This document shows, piece by piece, positions 32,336 through 38,878 of a stretch of DNA of 38,878 nt. The stretch lies in contig NC_068981.1 in NCBI RefSeq assembly GCF_001194135.2, positions 156,360,528 through 156,399,405 of the forward strand. Direction: 5' to 3'. The position numbers and the translations under genes are program-made. Below the pieces are notes generated by a model. The model was not told the origin of the DNA, ran no database searches, and saw only the letters and a list, made by a program, of their open reading frames with translations. The DNA is from Octopus bimaculoides. Its lineage: Eukaryota. Every line of letters begins with the position of its first letter. Within the stretch, counting starts at the first letter, position 1.

Positions 32336-33540
32336 CTAGATGTACTCGTGACCCGTTCGATCACAACCACTCCAAGTTGAAAATGTCGATGCGAGACGGC
32401 AAAGGAAAAATACTATTTTATTTAAAATAGTAATCCTTATCATCTTAATCAAATTTCAGAAAAACAGACAGAGAGTCCCATCCGAGGGTTTATTTCAAAT
32501 TCCATATTATACCTATAGGAGCCATCCGACAGCACAGAGAAGAAACATTGCCTCAAATTTTTCCAATGCAACTACGGATTAAGGAAAAAAAAAAAAGAGA
32601 ACATAGTATTTTCCCCTTTAAGAAAATAAAGATCAGGTTGAAAAATGTGGCTTTGAAGTGCCGATTCAGAAATAGAAGAACCTTCTCCAGAATTTGACCT
32701 TGAGGTTTGTGAATGAATTGCTATGACAAATGACAACAATACCGGGAATTGCTTCCTCTTCAAGGGTACACCCTCTTCTTCGCTCGAATTCAACTTTATT
32801 CAGGGTATCATTACAATTTCATTAGCAAATATTCCAGAATTAATTTTTGCAGCAATGACATTCTCTTTCAATTCTTATACGATCAATCTGGTTCCATTAC
32901 AATGCTGTGGTGGATTCAGATTCCTTAGCAATATAATTGGTGAGCTAACTTTTAATTTCAGCCTTTGAGGACACATACCAGAAAATTGCAGGGAATTAAA
33001 AAATTCTAATGGAAAATGTCTGACATTAACTTCATATAGACTGTCGAAAGATCTGTACACTGTGCAGTGAGAGCCTGGTGCATGGAATGACCTAATGTAC
33101 AGCACTATAAACATATCATCTGGGCAATGAGAAATTGCGGAAGCCTCATCTGTCGTCTACAACAGGAGAATCCAGACGCGGTCTCAGGAATTTTTCGAAG
33201 GGAGGGCAGAAGGTTAGAAGGGAACACAATTCCAGGAGAAAAGGACGTAATAACATTATTTAGAAGGGTGACTTCATTTCTTGAGAGGGGTACATGTCCC
33301 TCAGGACCACCATCACCCTTGGGCCCGCCCACGGAGTCCATGAGATATATTCTAGCTCCCGGTTAATACATTCATGGTTATGTTCCCGTTGGTATGCAAC
33401 TTTTAATGCTAGCTACACAAGAGCAATTTCTCAGTGTCTATAAAGCTTTTAGTTGCATTTCTAATCAAGTTTAGTTGATTCAAGCTAATGGCTCAGACTT
33501 TTTGCGCGGGTTTCTCTATTTTAACGATAATCTTTTTCGG
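32336..33540 (-). mobile_element. Helitron 3' portion with Pif1-like helicase remnant
   Basis: FPLEFFNSL..GMCPQRLKLKVSSPIILLRNLNPP.HCNGTRL..KRKQFPV; 3' hairpin gtgatcgaacgggtcac then CTAG|T at 32339-32335. Confidence 0.92.
33172..33334. mobile_element. Possible GC-rich MITE inside the Helitron
   Basis: Loose TIRs ccagacgcggtctcagg / ccttgggcccgcccacgg; interrupts helicase homology; no clear TSD. Confidence 0.35.
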
Positions 33541-33886
33541 TGAGTCATAAAAAACTTGTGTTGCTAGTTGTCTTTGAAATGTTACATGGGAGAATTTTGA
33601 TTAATGCTCTTAATCTTTCAATAAATAACAATGAAATAATTGTCCTTTCACTATCAAATTGTTCGTCTTTCTATACCGGTCTAACATTGGTGAGTGTGTG
33701 TGTGTTTCTGTGTGTGTGCACGCGCGTAATGCGAGCGTGTGCGCGATTGTGTGTGTACGTGTGCTTGTATACGAATCATATGTGTATGTACATGTATGCA
33801 TATTTTTTTTGTATATGTGTATATATCAATGTGTCAATTCATATATATATATATGTATATATGTGTGTATATATATATATATATAT

Positions 33887-34040
33887 NNNNNNNNNNNNNN
33901 NNNNNNNNNNNNNNNNNNNNNNNNNNNNNNNNNNNNNNNNNNNNNNNNNNNNNNNNNNNNNNNNNNNNNNNNNNNNNNNNNNNNNNNNNNNNNNNNNNNN
34001 NNNNNNNNNNNNNNNNNNNNNNNNNNNNNNNNNNNNNNNN
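33887..34040. other. Assembly gap
   Basis: Run of N within (TA)n. Confidence 1.
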
Positions 34041-34074
34041 NATATATATACTTCTCCACGTCTAGCTGTACAGA

Positions 34075-34330
34075 CTTTTTGTTTGTTTATTTCACCGTTT
34101 CGTTTTCCTGTCTTGTTTTCCATCCGCCACTGTCCTCCATGGAACAAATTTAATTTGTGTTCGTGGGAAGAGCCATTTTAACGATGCGTCCTGCCCTAAC
34201 TCTTCGAAACGCCAGTGTTTTAATGGTGGCAGCTGATGAAGGATATGTTTTCTATGTGGCCTGCATGTTTTTTGTACCTTGTTTATCATTTTGTCTATGT
34301 TTTTTTGCAACGTTATGTACCCAGATATGT
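34075..34330 (+). mobile_element. Penelope-terminal-like non-coding element (degenerate)
   Basis: gaagag...ctcttcgaaacg and gctgatgaagg motifs; microsatellite-flanked. Confidence 0.4.
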
Positions 34331-34859
34331 ATCTATATGTACATGTAGATGAAGGTATGTACATACATGTACATATATATGCATATACTCATATATTGTT
34401 TATATATATATATATATATATATCGGTTTCAATCCTTTTGAATAGCTGCTACACATATGGTTGTAGGTATTTAGATATATTTACATATGTTAAGTATGCA
34501 TTAGTTATAGGTGAACGTCTTTATATATGAAGAACGTAATAGGTATATGCAGAACCGTGTTTGTGTGATGTGACGCAAAATGTTGCGCAGAGAAAAACAA
34601 CGAAACGCATAATGATTATATATACGTATATATCTATTATACCTATTTGCATAGAGGTATCCTCCGCGTTACTGCTACTTCAGCTTACGGGATCTTGCAC
34701 TTACGGAAATTGTAAAATATGACTATAGGAAAGTGATTATACACCATTAGGTGTACACCGCTTCCGTACATTAAATTTCTAGAAGAAACAACGGAACGCA
34801 GATTCTGAACAACATAACAATATTTATTTACAGTGGAATTCAGTTCACGCTTGGAGGGA

Positions 34860-35110
34860 ATTCGGTAGCTCGTCGCCCTCGGTTACTGAGACGCCTTCTG
34901 AATGATTTCCGTGGTTATTTGTGAAGCTCTGGTGCTGACATGTGAGAGAGCTCTGTTGGACATCTTGGCTCGACGGAGATCAGTCCACGAAGAGACTGAG
35001 AAAAGGCGCCAAAGCTGGGTGTCGAACTCTACGCATGCGCATGAGACTCTTCCTGTATTCCTTCCGGAACTAGTCCCTGCGCATGCGTGGATAAAATTCC
35101 GGACATTGAA
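34860..35110. promoter_or_regulatory. CpG-rich promoter-like island with NRF1 and ETS motifs
   Basis: ACGCATGCGCA 35031-35041, TGCGCATGCGT 35078-35088, CTTCCGGAA 35061-35069, TTCCGG near 35098; CpG enrichment in an AT-rich background. Confidence 0.55.
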
Positions 35111-35535
35111 CATATAACAGTCGTCTGCTATAAGATGTCACTACATGACCATTAATTTCAGGATACGGTCTGTAATTTCGCTCGTACGGAAACTCGTACT
35201 GCGTAATTTTAAATTGTTAATTTAAAACTACACTTTCTTCTTAGCTCAGTGGCCACTTGCGTTTTAATTAAGATCAAAGCATTTAGTTAACGATTTGAAA
35301 AACTATCATCACGTTACACACATACATGTACACACCTACTCACACACACACTCGCACACACACAGATATGTATGTATGTATGTATTATCCGAAGTGTACA
35401 GTAGTATATATCCACCACAGTTGGTCTTACCAATCGGGTTCACGCTAGGGATACAACGGAATGTTAGGTAACAATCCGATTATATAACCCTACGCTCATC
35501 AGATGTAGCCGATATAGAAGGAAATATGGCGACTA

Positions 35536-35570
<35 letters not shown>

Positions 35571-36529
35571 AATATAATATACATAATCTTAACGGGTGTT
35601 ATGACCTACAGCCACGTTGTATTATTTTCAGATTTTCAGGAACGTGCTACTTCCGGAAAGCAAGGGATTCCTGTATATGTAAAAGTTTTATATCTACATT
35701 TACATCAATAGCATTTAAACAGGATAATGATTATTTAATCCCAAGATAATAATTATTGAATTACTAGGCAATATGATTCAATCAATGTAACAATATACTC
35801 CAAAGGCAACATAAGCGGTAGTTCATGTGCTGTATATAAAAACAGATTAGTACGTGAGATTTAAGTTAACTAATTTTGCTATGGTAAAAGTGATAATAAG
35901 TATTCTTATCATGGAATTGGAAAATTCATTCAGCTAAACACAACTCTTGTTATGAGACTAACTAAATGTAGAGTTCCGTTCAAGGCTGGATTCATCGTAT
36001 TTACCAGCATATAAGACATCTCCCTATTTTACAAGTATATTATGCGGGGGGGAAAAAAGAATTTAGTATGTTTCATTTACCTCTCGTAGAGGTAAGATAT
36101 GTTTGTCTGCATCTAAATGCCTTATTGTGACAATAGTGATGTAAAGGATGAAACCATAAATTTATCAAAAATAAACTAATTTATGGACTACAGCATTTCA
36201 TAGTTGTTTATATTTTGGTCAAGGGAATTACCATAAAAGATGTGTAAAACTTGTGTTTCTTGCTGTAATTTTTATGTAACCTCGATCGGTTACCAAGACG
36301 GCGCACTAGGATTTGTTACGAATAGCTGACATACAGGTGAAAGTTTAACGTTCATCCTTCTTGGGGAATTTTTCATTTAGATGATTTTAAAAGATTTTTT
36401 ATTACATATATAACACGTATGTATATGATACATATATAATACAAGAGAAAGACAAAGAAAAAGTGAAAAAATGGAGAATAAAGAAAAATCATCAATGCAG
36501 CATCAAGTGCTTCAATTTATCGCACACCA

Positions 36530-36945
36530 CAATGTTCAACGGAACTTATTGAAGCAAACCAGCACGCTCACATTACCATGAGCGATGGCGAGGCTAAGGC
36601 ATTGGAAAAGCCAAGCACTCACACCGGCATCACCTGACACCTCGGTGAGGCGAGCTGCCAACGATGACAAGAGCTTCGTCATTAGTGGCCCAGTCCCTCC
36701 AAATGTCTCAAATACCACAGCGCCACAGGTTGAAAAAGATAGTTCACTGCCAGGTCCAGATACTTCAGGGTTTTGTCCAGTTCGGCTACGGTAGCAGTGA
36801 CCCTCCCGTTTACTGCAGCATCCAGGATGTAGGAGAGAGCAAAAGAGTCACAGACCGTGGCGTCCCAGATGAAGCACCTACCTCTTACCCAGGGACAGAG
36901 GGTAAGACCATTTGGTCTCTTCCCATCACTTCTGGATAAAATATC
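36530..36945 (-). mobile_element. CRE-clade non-LTR retrotransposon RLE fragment
   Basis: DGKRPNGLTLCPW..WDATVCDS..KY..FQPVA / ETFG..LFQCLSLAIAHGN. Confidence 0.85.
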
Positions 36946-36989
36946 CAGTATACCATGGAATATTCAGCTATCTCCAAATAAATTTCCAG

Positions 36990-38260
36990 AGAAAGACATG
37001 AAAAAACACTACAGTATTGACAAAAGCACAACACCTTGGAGAATTTTTCTTTGCTTTGAAAACAGGAAATTTAGAAGTTAATAAAGAATCACTAACAGAT
37101 GTCTCTTTTGAGAAACTAGCTGCACCTCCAAGTGCATCTGAAAGAACAGGAGAAACATATGAACTCAAGATATTGAAGATGAAGAATCACTGCATCCTAC
37201 TGACAGGGGTAGTGAATGCCATCTTGGGATCTAAACCAAACCATGTAGCAGTCTGCCAGTGCAAAGTATGTATCCATGTTCTTTCAGGACCCAGAATCTT
37301 GATGTCATTATAAAACAAAAGTAAAAACAAACTGGATGGCACTTATTATTTTAAAAATTCAATGTTTTATACTATTTGTGACAATAGTAAGCAGCGTTTG
37401 AGAAAGTGGAAACTGTACAGCCCATCAAAGAGTGTCATTTATTGCTTTTGCTGTACTTTGATGTCAAGCCACCGTAACTGGTTTTTCAACAAAGATGGCT
37501 TTAATGATTGGGAAAAAAGCAGAGGAGAATAAAAAAACATGTGAACAAAGCCAAAGCAACAGAGATTCTGTGTTGCTATTCAATATTTTATGTAGGGAAT
37601 ATTCTCATGTTAATAGGGGGTTGAAAAAACAAATACAGGAAAACAAGAAATATTGGACTGAAATATTGCACTGTGTTGTGGCTGTGATGATATTTCAAAC
37701 TGAAAGAGGCCTGATATTAAGGAGTAGTGAAGAGATCATAGGATCGAAGTACAATAAGAACTTGGGGGGGGGGGGGAATTATGGAACTTATTGCACAGTT
37801 TGATTATTTTCTAATAGGTCACTTGAAAGCATTTAGCAATCCAGGAAGAAGTAAGTAGTCATACTTATCATTACCATATACAAAAAAAATTTTCTGTTAA
37901 ATGCAAAATATGTACATCATATTGTAGCAGAACTTAACACTGCTAACTATTTGTCAGTTTCTGTAGATTTAAAAGCAGACCACACTCATGTTGATTAGTT
38001 AACAGTTATTGTGCATTATGCAGTTTCTGAGAAGCTGATAGTAAGAATTTTAACTTTCCTGCAGGCTGGTTCCCATAAAGTAGAGTACTAGCCACATCCA
38101 TGTTAGAATTTCTTAAGAAATAGTGTATAAATTTTGAAGACTGCAGGAACTGTCTTATAACGGCTTCATTAATATCTGAGCACTACACCAGAATGCAAGC
38201 CAGACTTAAGGAAATGAACTTGGCTACAATTTTCATTCAGTGAATTTTGTTGGACATGCT
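36990..38260 (+). pseudogene. hAT transposase pseudogene (ZMYM1-like, TTF-type Zn finger)
   Basis: YSPSKSVIYCFCC..GFNDW, KKYWTEILHCVVAV..ERGL..EEIIGS, VDQLTVI-like, FEDCR..ASL across frames. Confidence 0.85.
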
Positions 38261-38540
38261 ACTGCTTCTTGCTGTGTTGAAGCTCTTAGCTATTTTGGCT
38301 TCATACAAAAGATATACACTTTTCTGTGTTGGCACACAGATGGGCAAATTTAATGATATCTTCGGAAGGAAATAAAAGAAAACTAACTTTGAAGTCCTTG
38401 TCAGAAACTCATTGGTCATCAAGAGCATATGCTACTAAAGCCCTCATTGATAGATATAACTGCATTCAAAACACTCAGAGACATTTAAGATGATTTAGAA
38501 CTAAAACCTGATGCAAGATATGAAGCTCAGACTTGGTAGG

Positions 38541-38630
38541 CAAGGGCCCGGGAACAGGGGGTGCAGCGGGTGCACCCGCACCCCCTAGAATTTTCAGGGG
38601 GTGCAAGATAAAAATTTGCACCCCCTACAT
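38541..38630. mobile_element. Terminus of a GC-rich hAT-like element/MITE
   Basis: CAAGGGCCCGGGAAC end followed by repeated GGGTGCA subterminal motifs. Confidence 0.55.
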
Positions 38631-38821
38631 AATCTTACCAGTTGCAGAAAAAAAGTGTCTAAAATCTATCGGTATACAATGCTTAAGTTCGATCTCGTTT
38701 CAAAACAAAGAAAAAAATAAATATATAAATAAATAAAAGTGATGAAGCTGGCATAAAATTCCCTAGGGAATTTAGGACCACTAACTTCTGAAGGCAAGTA
38801 GCGTCAAAATACAAAAAAATA

Positions 38822-38862
38822 AGTGACAATAACAACAGTAGCAGCAACAATAACAACAACAA
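38822..38862. repeat. Imperfect (AAC/AGC/AAT)n repeat
   Basis: Direct inspection. Confidence 0.8.
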
Positions 38863-38878
38863 AACCAGCATGTATGGT

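Noticed and set aside
33127-33366. 79-aa plus-strand ORF
   Set aside because: Chance ORF across a GC-rich insert and antisense Helitron sequence
20720-36945. Run of minus-strand TE remnants suggesting a uni-strand piRNA cluster
   Set aside because: Few elements, the opposite bias at 5.7-11.6 kb, and TE-dense DNA is normal for this kind of genome; small-RNA mapping would be needed

Overview
AT-rich eukaryotic draft-assembly DNA with seven N gaps and dense microsatellites. The tRNA-derived SINE families look like those of Octopus (recalled similarity, not a database result). No intact host gene or TE ORF is present. The window is a mosaic of decayed, often nested transposons: Helitron/Helentron derivatives, Tc1 and mariner, piggyBac, hAT, several RTE LINEs, a CR1/Jockey-type RT, Penelope, HERO- and CRE-type RLE retrotransposons, and a near-full-length 5.9-kb Tx1/L1-clade LINE. 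The most notable signal is a set of minimal type I hammerhead-ribozyme motifs in short non-coding repeats. These include a head-to-tail array of ~343-bp units (15557-16297) that resembles a non-LTR retrozyme and carries an unusual CCGANGA core with covarying stems. Also notable are a myristoylation-like MGNIQS start on the Tx1 ORF1, a MITE with two perfect CRE sites, and a CpG-rich NRF1/ETS promoter-like island near 35.0 kb.
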